A DNA stretch of 64,000 nt from Squalus acanthias. Taxonomy: Eukaryota. Location of the stretch: assembly GCA_030390025.1 (NCBI GenBank), contig JASTWF010000363.1, positions 62,001 to 126,000 of the forward strand. The letters run 5' to 3'. Below the pieces are notes generated by a model. The model worked only from the letters and a program-made list of their open reading frames with translations, had not been told where the DNA came from and ran no database searches. Positions within the stretch are counted from its first letter, which is position 1. Each line of letters opens with the position of its first letter. Shown here piece after piece: positions 1 through 12,365 of this stretch. The position numbers and the translations under genes are program-made.

Positions 1-1407
1 TTGCACCTTCTCTAGTGTTCTAGGTGGTATTGTGCATAGATGTCGTCATTCCAGCTCAAGGCCTGGGATAGAATTGAATCCCATACTTTGGCTGTCTCCT
101 TACAGTGCTGTCCTGAGGGTCAATAGTAAAAAGAGTTTTAGCGATTTCAATTCAATTCCCAATGGACATGCTGCTAACACTGAGAGCCACAAATATTCCA
201 CTAACCAGTGTTGACTATCCTCACTTTAACAAGCGCAAGCGTTGTCCCACCCACCAATAAATCAAAAATGTATTGAAATTGGGAGTTAGGCCACTGTACT
301 GAATTACAATGTGCTATTCCTGATGTCGCTCAATCAGTTTTAGCTGCGACTTAATTTCACACACATTCAACCAAATCCATAAAATGACTGTCTACTTCTT
401 CCTGCATTTTGAGTCAGGGAGATAAAACCTTGTAGCCCAGTGTTGCAATAACTTGTATTTGCAGCCAATGCAGTGTAGTGAATTAACTTCATCAGCCCTG
501 CTAATATAGCAGCAGTTCATTTCTAGAGAGCAGAGAGAGCGAGCTGACTTAATGCTCTGATTATTAAAGAAAATTAAAAATAGGTAGTGAACAATAACAC
601 ACTTGAATTAGTTTCGTAAGTTGTTTTTCGAGGCCCCTGATGGCTCACTGGGTAAGTGTGAAGTATATTATTGAACCATACTGATCAGGGAGGTCACATG
701 TTTGTGCTGAATTAGCCAATCGCAGTCATGTTGCAGTCAGTCTTGGAATCTCTTTTGGCCAATGACCCTCTCCAGTGATATATTTTGGAAATGCATGTGT
801 GGACATCACATGAAGACAGGGTTAAACTGTTATGCTGACCTCCACAGCCAAATAACAGTCCAGAACAGTCAGTTGGGTGAGGTATAGAACACCGACAACC
901 ACTCATGGAACTGATTCACTGCCTTCAAGAGAGAAGGGGTAAACGGGAAAATAATCAGAGGGAAAATTCAAGGTGAAAAGAAAAATCTTTTACTGGGGCA
1001 AAACTGCACACTTGTGTACAAGTGAGTAACTGTGGAACATAGAAGATGGGTTCCAGTGAGATGTGCCATTCAGACAAGTGGATTTGACCACAGAACACAT
1101 CAACAGCAGCAAGTCACATTTGTACTGTGCTGCTTAGGGGGTGATTTTCTCACTGGAGGCGGGTTTCGTTTTGGGTGGGTTTGAAACCCGCCACCACTGA
1201 TAGTTGACAAAAAATTGCGATTTCCCCTGATTGGCCACTTGATTTCAGAGGTGTGGGTTGCCCTTGGTCAATTAGTGTTTTGGGACTGAAACTCGCCTCT
1301 GCTGACATCACTTTTCCAGTCTGATTTTATGGCTTCTTGCTGCCTTGGCTCATTCACAGCATTTCTGCCTATACTGCACCACCTGCAACATATTCTGAGA
1401 AACCACT

Positions 1408-1653
1408 ATGTCCAATTCCAAGGCAAGGGCCTCCCCGAGGCTCTCGGATGAGGCGCTGAAAATGTTGTTTGAGGGGGTGACAGCTAGCATGGAGGTGCTC
1501 TTCCACTCATCTGGGAGGAAGAGGCCTTCCAAAGAAACCAAGGCTATGTGGGTACAGCTGGCAAGGGATATAACCTCCAGATCTGTGTGCAGATTCGGAG
1601 AATGTTTCTGTGTATTGATGAAATGCCATCCCTGTTGGAAAGCATTAAAATGA
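1408..1653 (+). pseudogene. Harbinger Myb/SANT-like DNA-binding protein, N-terminal remnant
   Basis: MSNSKARASPRLSDEALKMLFEGV...AMWVQLARDITSRS matches the PR(F/L)SDE-L...W..IA pattern of Harbinger Myb-like proteins; truncated. Confidence 0.7.
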
Positions 1654-1829
1654 TTTGATGCCAAAATGTTGGCGTTATGGCATCTGTTCTTTCGCCTTAG
1701 GCAGCTCCGCATTGCAGGCTCCGCCACACTTGCGTTGTCAGGTTGGTGGCCTGAGTGAAAGGAGGCCAGGGAGTCATGTCATTATCAATGATGTGTTAGG
1801 ATGGAGCCAAGGACATGTGCCAACTTGGG

Positions 1830-4800
1830 CAACCGATGCAAATCTGGCCATGATAAGTTCATCCCTTGCATCCCAGGCAGCCATGTGCTCACGAGCTGCC
1901 GCTGCTGCTGGTCGATACACCGACGCTCTGACCTCCTCCAGATCCTCCTCCTCCTCAGCCTCCTCCTCCTCCTCCTCATCTGAGAAGAGCTGGAACTGAG
2001 CCACTTGCTCATCAGGAAGCTGCAAGCCACGACGGTGTGCTATGTTGTGCAGTGCACAAACAGTGCACTCCAACGGTACCCTCCTCCTGACGAAATGCTT
2101 AGAACATGGCCTTGTCATAACCAACACCTTGTTCCATCAGAGAGATAAGTACAAGACTTCATGGCAGCACCCTCGCTCCAAGCACTGGCATCTGCTGGAC
2201 GACGTCATCGTCCGAGCGAGGGACCGCAAGGACGTCCGCATCACCCGCGCCATGACAGGAGCTGACGACTGCTGGACAGACCACCGCCTAATCCGCTCTG
2301 TCATCGCCATCATTGTAGCCCCGAAACATCGGCAGCAACAAAAACAATGCCGCAGGAAAATCAGCGCTGGAGCACTCAAAGACCCTGCTAAGAAAGCCCT
2401 ATTCAGCCTGCGCATCACAAACAACTTGACGATTCCCAGTGATGCAGAGACACAGAGTGTCCACAGTGCCTGGTCTGCACACAAGGTCTCCATAATCAGC
2501 ACCTGTGAAGAGACGCTCGGCCACTCGACGAGGAAACACCAAGACTGGTTCAACGAGAACGACCAGGAGATCCAGGAGCTAATAAGTCGCAAGTGCAAGG
2601 CATTCCTGATCTGGAAACAGCAACACAACTCGAGAGCAAGAAAGCAGCTCTACAGACGCCTGAAGGCCGAGTCCAACAAAAAACTTGCGACCTAAAGAAC
2701 AGATGGTGGGTGGAGAAAGTGCAGGATATCCAGCAGCTAGCCGACAACCACGACGTGCGTGGATTCTTTCGCGCAGTCAAGACCACCTACGGCCCAAGGA
2801 CCCAAGGTCCTACCCCACTGCGGGCCAAGAACGGAGAGGTACTTATCAAGGACAGGGAGGCAGTCGTGCCTGCTGGAAGGAGCACTTCGAAGATCTCCTT
2901 AACCGAGACTCTGTCTTCGACGCGAGTGTCCTCAACTCCATCCCGCAGCATGCTACCCGCCACCATCTCAGCACAACCCCAGCCTGGCATGAGGTTGAAA
3001 AGGCCATCCGACAACTGAAGAACAACAAGGCCTCAGGAGCAGATGGAATCCCTGCCGAGGCGCTAAAGCATGGCGGAGAAGCACTACTGGCGCAAATTCA
3101 TGAACTCATTTCTCTTATCTGGAAGGAGGAGAGCATGCCGGGGGATCTCAGAGACGCCGTAATTGTGACCATCTTCAAGAAAGGTGACAAGTCCGATTGC
3201 GGTAATTACAGAGGAGTTTCCCTGCTGTCTGCCACAGGGAAAGTCATTGCAAGAATACTCCTCAATCGCCTTCTCCCAGTGGCTGAAGAGCTCCTCTCAG
3301 AGTTGCAATGCGGATTCCGCCCACTAAGGGGCACAATGGACATGATCTTCACCATGCGACAATTACAAGAGAAATGCAGGGAACAGCACCAACCGCTGTA
3401 CATGGCCTTCTTTGACCTCACAAAGGCCTTCGACATTGTCAGCCATGAGGGATTATGGAGTGTCCTCCTCAAATTCGGCTGCCCTCAAAAGTTTGTCACC
3501 ATCCTCCGACTGCTTCACAACGACATGCAAGCCGTGATCCTGACCAACGGTTCCACCACAGACCCAATTCACGTACGGACCGGGGTCAAGCAAGGCTGTG
3601 TCATCGCACCAATGCTCTTCTTGATCTTGCTTGCTGCAATGCTCCATCTCACCCTCAGTAAGCTCCCCGCTGGAGTGGAGCTAATTTACAGAACTAACGG
3701 GAAACTGTTCAACCTCCGTCACCTCCAGTCCAGATCCAAGGTCGTCCCATCCTCTGTCGTCGAATTACAGTATGCAGACGACGCTTGCGACAGAGACTGT
3801 AGGTTCCGCATTGGACTCATCAGTCACCTGAGAATTCATTTTTAATGTGTAAGAAAGTCATCCTCGGTTCCGAGGGACTGCCTAAGAAGAAGAGGAGAAG
3901 GAGAAGAAGTGTACAGCAGACCACGACCATTCTGGAGACCCTGTATGGTGTATACTGCAGGGCTCCAACTGATCGGTCAAGGCAACGGAAGCGCATCTTC
4001 AACAACCCAATGATTTGCTCGATGATGGACCTGGTCGAAGTGTGGCTGGCGTTGTAGCACTCTTCAGCCTCGTTAGCTGGCCTCCTGATTGGCGTCATTA
4101 GCCACTTCTTCAGGGGGTAGGTAGCCTTTGTCACCAAGGAGCCATCCATTAAGTCGGTTTGGCGGATTGAAAAGCGGAGGAACACTAGAGTGCCGCAGGA
4201 TGAAAGAGTCATGGCAACTACCACAGAACTTGGCGCAAACATGCAAGAACTCCTTCTTGTGGTTACACACTAGCTGTACGTTGAGGGAGTGGAAGCCCTT
4301 TCGGTTGACAAAGATAGCTGGGTTGTGATGGGGTGCCCTAAGGGCCACATGTGTGCATTCTATGACGCCCTGCACCATTGGCATGTCTGCCATATTTGCA
4401 AAGCCAACCGAACGGGCGGTTACACTTGCTTGCTCCCTTGAGAACTGGATGTAATTGTGGGTCTTAGCAAAAAGGGCATCGGTAACCTGCGTGATGCAAC
4501 TGTGGGCGGCCGACTGGGAGATGCCGCTGATGTCATATGATGATCCTGGAAGGAGCCTGAGGCAAAGAAGTTGAGTGCGGTGGTGACTTTGACAGCCACT
4601 GGTAAGGGGTGTCCACCCGTTCCTCTGGGCAGCAGGTCTTGCTGCAGCAGTCCGCAGATCTCTCGACAACCTCTCGCAAAAGTCTCAACCCCCTTTGGCA
4701 CTGCTGCTCACTCGTGTTGAGGTAGCTCATCCTTTGTCTGTAAACCCTCTGTCAGGGGTATCTCCTGCGGCAAGGTGCCTCGATGCGCTGGCGCCTTCTG

Positions 4801-4950
4801 CCCTGTGCAGCATCAGGTGGCTGAGCAGGAGGTTGGGGCTCCTGCTGCTGTTGCTGCTGAGCTGCCTGGTTCTGCTGCTGCCGTGGATGCTCCTCATCCT
4901 CATCTGAGGTCCATGGAGAAAGAAAACGAATGGTTCCCATGCTGCTTGCA
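1830..4950 (-). pseudogene. HARBI1-like DDE transposase pseudogene (frameshifted, split by RTE insertion)
   Basis: Collinear motifs across frames: [36 protein letters not shown] (D>E in the usual IDCTH), [56 protein letters not shown]. Confidence 0.9.
2059..3907 (+). mobile_element. RTE-clade LINE, 5'-truncated and internally deleted
   Basis: APE C-terminus (SWQHPRSKHWHLLD, WTDHRL), RT motifs (NYRGVSLL, FFDLTKAFD, GVKQGCVIAP, QYADD), C-terminal CDRDC-RIGLISH, (AAG)n-like tail; TSD-like AGTGCACA (2051-2058) / AGTGTACA (3908-3915). Confidence 0.9.
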
Positions 4951-5624
4951 GATGTCTCCATTGGGGAAGCGCTCATTGCAAGTGGGGAGCGGGTCTTCCG
5001 AGGAGGTCCCACAGTTGATAGATTCAAGCTGCAGCACCTCCGACTTCGGAAGGCCTTCTAAAAAGTGCTCAAAGACCTTTTAAAGCAAAGTTCTGGCACC
5101 TGCAAGTAATCCTTGATGAAATAAACGATGTATTGTTGGACCTGCAGCTGTGAGGAGACCACCCATGAGTCAACCCGCCAGGTTTAGCTGGCGTGGTTTC
5201 GGAGAGTCGTGGAGCACGCCGAAATGCTCGAAAAATCACGAGGGCCTCTCAAAATAGGCTTAGAGAGGCCCTTAACGAGCATTTAATGATGTTAACTAGC
5301 GCTATGGCCAGCTGGAAGCGGGACCGTTTCCCGACCTCCAAAACCAGCAGCGGCAAAATCCCGCGGAGGCGGGTTCTGAACCCGCCCTCATTGTTTCTGA
5401 CTTTCCCGCCTCTAAACCCGCCTCCTCCGACGTCAGAAAATTGCCCCCCTATTGTCTAAATGCAGCATATCTGGACTTGAGTGGTTGTCTATTTATAAAA
5501 TTGGCAACTAATTTTAGTAATTTGTTAATTTCACATCGTTTGTTCAAATCAAGAAATGAAAGACTAATATATACTGATCTGTCATTAAGGAGGAATGCAG
5601 CAGTGATCCTGCAGTTTATGCAGA

Positions 5625-6195
5625 TATGCGAAATTCGCCTCCTTTGCACACGCCATTAGTGCCTCCGGGGGCGCTAACGGGGTCAAAACGATTATCGCCC
5701 GGTGGAGCCTCCCGAGAAATTCGCTGGGGCGCTGCTGATGCGCTAGCCGATAGCGCCGCGGCCCACCGGTAGCGCCCCCGGCCGCTGCACATCCGCCAAT
5801 GACATCACCAGCGAGCGACGCGACCCCTTAGAGCCCCGCGGCAGAAATCCGGCTGCGCCCCGTGAGGCTCCCGCGGGCAATATCAGCTGCGACCACAGCA
5901 CCATGCCTCCCTGGTGGGCTAGTGGAGGCCGTCAAATGGCCTGCAGAGCTCGCAGCTTCTCTCCCCTTTAACGGAAGGGGAGGGGCAGTGAAACGCCTCA
6001 GCGCTACGCGGAGCAGCCGCATTGCACGCCGGCACTACCGCGCTTTGCGCCCCAGACACGGCCCCGAGAGGAAGTGGAGTGCCCGATACTGCGCTCCGCT
6101 TCCTCGCCGGGGCGCTACTCCCACGCTGGGCGCTAACTGTCTGGCGTTAATTTGGTTACCGCCCCGTAACGTGGCGTAACCGAATTTTGCTGCCT
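5625..6195. mobile_element. CpG-rich non-autonomous DNA-transposon-like element
   Basis: Sharp GC/CpG-rich island with repeated GGCGCTA motifs and weak inverted ends (GCGAAATTCG / CGAATTTTGC). Confidence 0.45.
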
Positions 6196-6702
6196 AAGGG
6201 TTTAAATGCAGCTGATGAAGGAATTTTTGCTTTTGTTACCTTTGAAAGGTTTAAACCAAGTTTTCATGTGCTGGAGTTTATTGGAGCATCCCTACTGCTT
6301 GTGTTTGTTTTTTAGTTTAATGATTTGTTTTTATTGTGTTTCCCAAAGTTGGAATGAAGGTGCTGGTAATTATCTGATACCTGGTCATGAGGTAAATCTT
6401 AAACAGTCGAAGACAATCCTGTGAAGGAACATTTTGTTCTGGTGGTATCACATTGGTGCAGAGAAAATGTAGAAAGCAAATTTCTTCCTTTGTGAGGAAA
6501 ACCTCTGGTGAGGTCTCGGGTCAGGTCTTCCTGTTTTCCAATTGAGTTCTGTTCATCTACAATAACAAATCTGCTTCAATCCATTTCTGAAAAAAATGCA
6601 AGGTGATTTTTATGGAAAGAAAAGTCTGAATTCAATTCACATCAGACATTATGCAGTGTCTCAGATTGGAGAATGTTGTTTCTTTTATTTTTTATTTTTC
6701 AG

Positions 6703-6862
6703 AACTCCTGGTGAGAACTATCAACACCAGCTTGGTCGAGATTTGGGACTTCCCATCTGTCAGGCAATAATAGAGTTTGCAAATGGAAATTATAGTGGCA
6801 CTGTGGATCTGTTAAATCCAGTTCATTACCAGATCCAGAACATTGGGGGCAGTAATGCACAG
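6703..6862 (+). CDS. TTC38: TTC38-like copy A, third-last coding exon
   Basis: Polypyrimidine-AG acceptor, GT donor; TPGENYQHQLGRDLGLPICQAIIEFANGNYSGTVDLLNPVHYQIQNIGGSNAQ resembles the TTC38 PGEN...GGSNAQ segment. Confidence 0.93.
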
Positions 6863-6969
6863 GTATTTTGCAATATCTTTTCAGAATAACCTATATCAGC
6901 AGAAATCAGACTCGGATGTCAAACTAAACAGACTTCGGTCCTGAGAATAGACTGTGCAAGCAATAGCAA

Positions 6970-7340
6970 CATTCGGCACAAGAGTAGGCCGATCAGCCCC
7001 TTGAGCCTGCTCCGCCATTCGATGAGATCACGGCTGATCTGTACCCAGCTCCATTTAGCCGCCTTTGCTCCAAATCCCTTGATACTTTTACCTCACAAAA
7101 ATCTATTGATCTCAGTCTTGAAAGTTCCAATTGTCCTATCATCCACAGCTGCTTGGGGAGGGAGAATTCCAGATTTGTACTACCCTTTGTGTGAAAAATT
7201 TCTTTATGATTTCCCTCCTAAATGGACTTTAACCAACTCCCTATCCATACGGCTGCACTCCCTTTACTTTAATGTACTTTAATTTTATCAACAAGCCTCC
7301 CATGCAGCGATGTTTGAAAATCCACATACACAGCATCCAC
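6970..7340 (-). mobile_element. Degraded CR1 LINE 3' fragment
   Basis: Resembles the CR1 3' end also seen at 14239-14536 and 44440-44700. Confidence 0.6.
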
Positions 7341-7577
7341 TGCATTTCCTTTAATAATACATTCCATTATTTACTCAAAGAATGCTATTAAATTTGTCAG
7401 ATGCACTTTACTTTTTTTAAATCCATGTTAGCTGTCCTTAATTGACCCATGACTTTCTAGGTGCGTATTAATGTTATCCTGTATTATGGCCTCTAGAAGC
7501 TTACCATTACCGATGTCGTGCTGACTGGTTTATTCCTTTTTCCCTTTTTGAATATGGAAGCTCTGCCCCATCTTCCA

Positions 7578-7700
7578 TGATGTGGAGATGCCGGTGTTGG
7601 ACTGGGGTGGACAAATGTGAGAAGTCGCACAACACCAGGTTATAGTCCAACAGTTTTATTTGAAATCACAAGCTTTCGGAGCGCTGCTCCTTCGTCAGGT
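7578..7700 (-). mobile_element. Short Penelope-type repeat with hammerhead ribozyme core (family 2)
   Basis: Minus strand CTGACGA-a-GGAGC-agc-GCTCC-GAAA-GCTT-gtg; the body matches the repeat at 30271-30356. Confidence 0.65.
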
Positions 7701-7957
7701 CCAAGCATGTTTGAAAGATTGTGGTCAGAGCCTTCTTTCTTCTGCTTTCTTCTTCGTAGTATAGTGTATTACGGGATTTATGAAGCTTGAACAGGTACAA
7801 ACCATGTCTTTTGGGCGACCTGGTGAAATTAGGGCCACCATCACACCTTCCACCACAGACAATTCTCCTAGCCAAGAGGGCAGCAAGTTGTCCTGCTTCA
7901 AGGCTTCTGTGAAAGCAGTTTTACGTTGGGCGTTTAGTTATGCACATTAGTAACTAA

Positions 7958-8476
7958 ACAACAACAACTTACATTTATATAGCACCTTTGAACATAGTAA
8001 AACACTCCAAGGCACTTCACAGGAGCGTTATCAAACAAAATTTGACACCGAGCCACATAAGGATATTAGGACAGATGACCAAAAGCTTGGTCAAAGAGGT
8101 AGGTTTTAAGAAGCTTCTTAAAGAAGGAGTGAGTAGAGAGGCAAAGAGGTTTAGGGAGGGAATTCCAGAGTTTAGGGCCAGGCAGCTGAAGGCTCGGCTG
8201 CCAATAGTGGAGCAATTAAAATCGGGGATGTGCAAGCGGACAGAATTGGAGGAGCACGGAGATCTCGGAGAGTTGTAGGGCTGGAGGAGGTTACAGAGAT
8301 AGGGAGGAGCGCGGCCATGGAGGGAGCCAATGTAGGTCAACGAGCACAGGGGTGATGGGGGAACGGAACTTGGTGCGAGATAGGATACGGGCAGCAGAGT
8401 TTTGGATGAGCTCAAGTATATGTAGGGTGAAAGATGGGAGGCCGCCCAGTAGAGCATTAGACTAGTCAAGTCTCGA
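7958..8476 (-). mobile_element. L2-type LINE 3' fragment
   Basis: APPYLCNLLQPYN..RS...GSRAFS peptide and a (TTG)n tail; same family at 46150 and 56915. Confidence 0.75.
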
Positions 8477-10675
8477 GGTGGAATCTGTATGGGTAGAGCT
8501 GAGAAATACCAAGGGGCAGAAAACGTTAGTGGGAGTTGTATACAGACCCCCAAACAGTAATGCTGAGGTTGGGGATGGCATTAAATGGGAAATTAGAGAC
8601 ACGTGCAATAAAGGCACAGCAGTTATCATGGGTGACTTTAATCTACATATAGATTGGGCTAACCAAATTAGGAACAATACTGTGGAGGAGGAATTCCTAT
8701 ATGTCGAGGAACCAACTAGAGATCAGGCCATCTTAGACTGGGTATTATGTAATGAGAAAGGATTAATTAGCAATCTTGTTGTGTGAGGCCACTTGGGGAG
8801 GAGCGATCATAATATGATAGAATTCTTCATTAAGATGGAGAGTGAAGTAGTTGACTCAGAGACTAGGGTCCTGAATTTAAATAAAGGAAACTACGATGGT
8901 ATGAGGCGCGAGTTGGCTAGGATGGATTGTGGAACGTTACTTAAAGGGTTGATGGTGGATAGGCAATGGCAAACATTTAAAGATTGCATGGATGAACTAC
9001 AGAATTTGTTCATCCCTGTTCGGCATAAAAATAAAACAAAAAAGGTGACTCAACCGTGGCTAACAAGGGAAATTAGGGATAGCATAAGATCCAAGGAGAG
9101 GACATATAAATTGGCCAGAAAAAGCAGCAAACCTGAGGATTGGGAGCAGTTTAGGATTCAGCAAAGGAGGACAAAGGGATTAATTAAGAGGGGGAAAATA
9201 GAGTATGAGAGTAAGCTTGCAGGGAACATAAAAACTGACTGTAAAAGCTTCTATAGATATGTGACGAGAAAAAGATTGGTGAAGTCAAGCGTAGGTCCCT
9301 TGCAGTCAGAATCAGGGGAATTTATAATGGGGAACAAAGAAATGGCAGACCAATTAAATACATACTTTGGTTCTGTCTTCACAAAGGAGGACACAAATAA
9401 CCTCCCAGAGATGTCAGGGAGCATAGGGTCTAATGAGAGGGAGGAACTGAATGAAATCAGTATTTGTACGGAAATGGTGTTAGGGAAATTGACGGGATTG
9501 AAGGCCAATAAATCCCCAGGGCCTGATAATCTACATCCTAGGGTACTTAAGGAAGTGGCCCTAGAAATAGTAGATGCATTGCTGGTCATCTTCCAAAATT
9601 CTATAGACTCTGGAACAGTTCCCATGGATTGGAGGGTGGCTAATGTAACCCCACTATTTAAAAAAGGTGGTAGAGAGAAAACGGGGAATTATAGACCGGT
9701 AAGCCTGACATCGGTAGTGGGGAAAATGCTAGTGTCCATTATAAAAGATGTAATAGCAGAGCACTTGGAAAACAGTGACAGGATCGGACAAAGTCAACAT
9801 GGATTTACAAAAGGTAAATCATGCTTGACTAATCTACTGAAATTTTTTGAGGATGTAACTGGTAGTATAGATAAGGGAAGAACCAGTGGATGTGGTGTAT
9901 TTGGACTTTCAGAAGGCTTTCGATAAGGTCCCGCATAAGAGATTAGTGTGCAAAGTTAAAGCACATGGGATTGGGGGTAAAGTACTGACTTGGATAGAAA
10001 ACTGGTTGGCAGACAGGAAGCAAAGAGTTGGAATAAATGGGTCTTTTTCCGAGTGGCAGGCAGTGACTAGTGGGGTACCGCAGGGATCGGTGCTAGGACC
10101 CCAGTTATTCACAATATATATTAATGATCTAGACGAGGGAACTAGATGTAATATCTCCAAGTTTGCAGACGACACAAAGCTGGGTGGGCGTGTGTGCTGT
10201 GAGGAGGATGCAGAGAAACTCCAGTATGATTTGGACAGGTTGGGTGATTGGGCAGATGCATGGCAGATGCAGTATAATGTGGATAAATGCGAGGTTATCC
10301 ACTTTGGTGGCAAAAACAGGAAGGCAGATTATTATCTGAACAGCAATAGATTGGGAAAAGGGGAAGTGCAACGAGACCTGGGTGTCCTTGTGCACCAGTC
10401 GCTGAAGGTAAGCATGCAGGTGCAGCAGGCGGTTAAGAAGGCAAATGGTATGTTGGCCTTCATAGCGAGAGGATTCGAGTACAGGAGCAAGGAGGTCTTG
10501 CTGCAGTTGTACAGGGCTTTGGTGAGACCACACCTTGAGTATTGTGTGCAGTTTTGGTCGCTTTATCTGAGGAAGGATGTTCTTGCCAAGGAGGGAGTGC
10601 AGCGAAGATTCACCAGGCTGATACCTGGGATGGCAGGAATGATGTATGGAGAGAGATTGGGTCGATTGGACTTGT
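8477..10675 (+). mobile_element. CR1 LINE ORF2 (APE endonuclease + RT), frameshifted, truncated at both ends
   Basis: VGVVYRPPNS, MGDFN, SDHN, KSPGPD, NYRPVSLTS, YLDFQKAFD, GVPQGSVLGP, FADD, VRPHLEYCVQFW. Confidence 0.93.
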
Positions 10676-11054
10676 TTTCAGCGTACGGTCCAGCCTCAGC
10701 TGAGATGACCTATTTCAATACAGTCTGGGAATGGAGGCCAAGACCATGTGGTCTGTATGGCTTAGTGTTAACTGAGCAGTGCCTCTATCCATGAGGAATC
10801 GGATGCACAGCTGAGAGACTCTTAAAACAAACAAATACTGAACAACGCACAGGCTGGAGTATGTCCCAAGACAGTAATGCTGGAGTGCAGGACTGGTTGA
10901 AATGCCATTGTAACCTTGAAAGCCCACTTGAGTTGTTTGCTAATATCAGCTGAAATTGAGATGAGCTACTGTACTCTTCTAGAGAATATATTGAAGGAGT
11001 TTGTGGACGATTGTTTTTTTTCTGACTGTTTTCAACAAACATTTTTCTTCTGGT

Positions 11055-11500
11055 GTCAGCCAGTGGCTCAGTTGGCAGCACTCTCTCGCCTCTGAGTCAG
11101 AAGGTTGTGGGTTCAAGTCCCGCTCCAGAGACTTGAACACAAAAATCTAAGCTGACACTTCAGTCCAGTACTGAGGGAGTACTGCGCTGTCGGAGGTGCC
11201 GTCTTTCGGATGAGACGTTAAACCGAGGCCCCGTCTGCTGTTTCTCAGGTGGACGTAAAAGATCCCATTGCATTATTTCAAAGAAGAGCATGGGAGTTAT
11301 CCCCAGTGTCCTGGCCAATATTTATCCCTCGATCAACATAACAAAAACAGATTATCTGGTCATTATCACATTGCTGTTTGTGGGAGCTTGCTGAATGCAA
11401 ATTAACAGTGACTACACTTCAAAATTACTTCATTGGCTGTAAAGCGCTTTGGGATGTCCGGTGGTCGTGAAAAGTGCTATATAAATGCAAGTCTTTTTTT
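11055..11500 (+). mobile_element. tRNA-derived SINE with Deu-like central domain and L2-like tail (SacSINE1-like)
   Basis: Box A TGGCTCAGTTGG, box B GGTTCAAGTCC, central GTCGGAGGTGCCGTCTTTCGGATGAGACGTTAAACCGAGG (DeuSINE domain, from memory), tail GCTATATAAATGCAAGTCTTTTT. Confidence 0.8.
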
Positions 11501-11672
11501 CTATTTTTGCCAGGGTACTTTCTATCAAACAGGAGTGGTTGGTAGGCTTCTGTGGCCAAATTATGTGACTTAGACATATGATATTGTACCATGTAATTTC
11601 AACAGCTGTGATATCGGGATTTATTTCACTGCATGTAATCTCATTCCTTTAAAATAAGTTTGTTTCTTGCAG

Positions 11673-11746
11673 AGAGATCTCTTTAACCTGTTGCTGATCC
11701 ATGCTGCTTTAAAATCAGACAGCAGATCTCACCAGAAACTAGCCAG
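11673..11746 (+). CDS. TTC38: TTC38-like copy A, penultimate coding exon
   Basis: AG/GT bounded, 74 nt; RDLFNLLLIHAALKSDSRSHQKLA(R); phases fit both flanking exons. Confidence 0.93.
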
Positions 11747-12171
11747 GTATGTGGTAAAGATTTTGTTCAACTATATGTTGTCTTTTTAAAGGAGGGGTGG
11801 AATGGAGGGGTGACATAATCACACCATTACCAAGGTGGACTGATACAATTGGCCGTCACCTTTGGTATCTGGATTTCCACCCAGCCCAGCTAGTTGGGAT
11901 GAATATTTATTCACTTTAAGCACGTTTACAATAGCGAATAGCAGTTTGGCCGTATGTTTCATTCTGATGTTCATTGATCCAGTTTGTGTCCCAGGGCAGC
12001 ATAAATAGACCAGTTGTTCTGTGATATAACATTTAAAAAGACATTCACTGTGCCTGCACAGAGAGACAGAAGAAACATTGTTAATTTGAAGCACCTGATC
12101 TCATTAAATGGATACTGAGCTAGAATTTGAGTTGTGTAATTCAGTCTAACATTGGATGGCTATTAAGTAGA

Positions 12172-12365
12172 AGCATAGAATCTTGCAGCATAGAAGGAGG
12201 TCACTCAGCCTATTGTGCCTGGACCGGCTCTTTGAAAGAGCTATCCAATTAGTCCTACTCCCCTGCTATTTCCCCGTAGCCCTGCAAATTTTTCCTTTTC
12301 TAGTATATATCCAGCTCCCTTTTGAAAGTTAATATTGAAGCTGCTTCCACCACCCTTTTTCCTGA
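12172..12365 (-). mobile_element. CR1 3' end remnant
   Basis: CATAGAATC...AGAAGGAGG tail and body resemble 57298-57500. Confidence 0.6.

Larger units (their letters stand above)
1137..5449. mobile_element. PIF/Harbinger DNA transposon (decayed, autonomous-type), interrupted by an RTE LINE
   Basis: Imperfect TIRs GGGGGTGATTTTCT...GGAGGCGGG (1137) and CCCGCCTCC...AGAAAATTGCCCCC (~5418-5449). Encloses a Myb/SANT-like ORF (+) convergent with HARBI1-like transposase fragments (-). Confidence 0.8.

Noticed and set aside
630..960. Possible ancient tRNA-SINE remnant (also ~20965-21030)
   Set aside because: Too degenerate to bound or classify.
1830..4950. Domesticated HARBI1 host gene
   Set aside because: Multiple frameshifts, a catalytic D>E change, a LINE insertion and retained TIRs.
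11055..11135. tRNA gene
   Set aside because: Box A/B are present but continue into a SINE body and tail, with no convincing cloverleaf.
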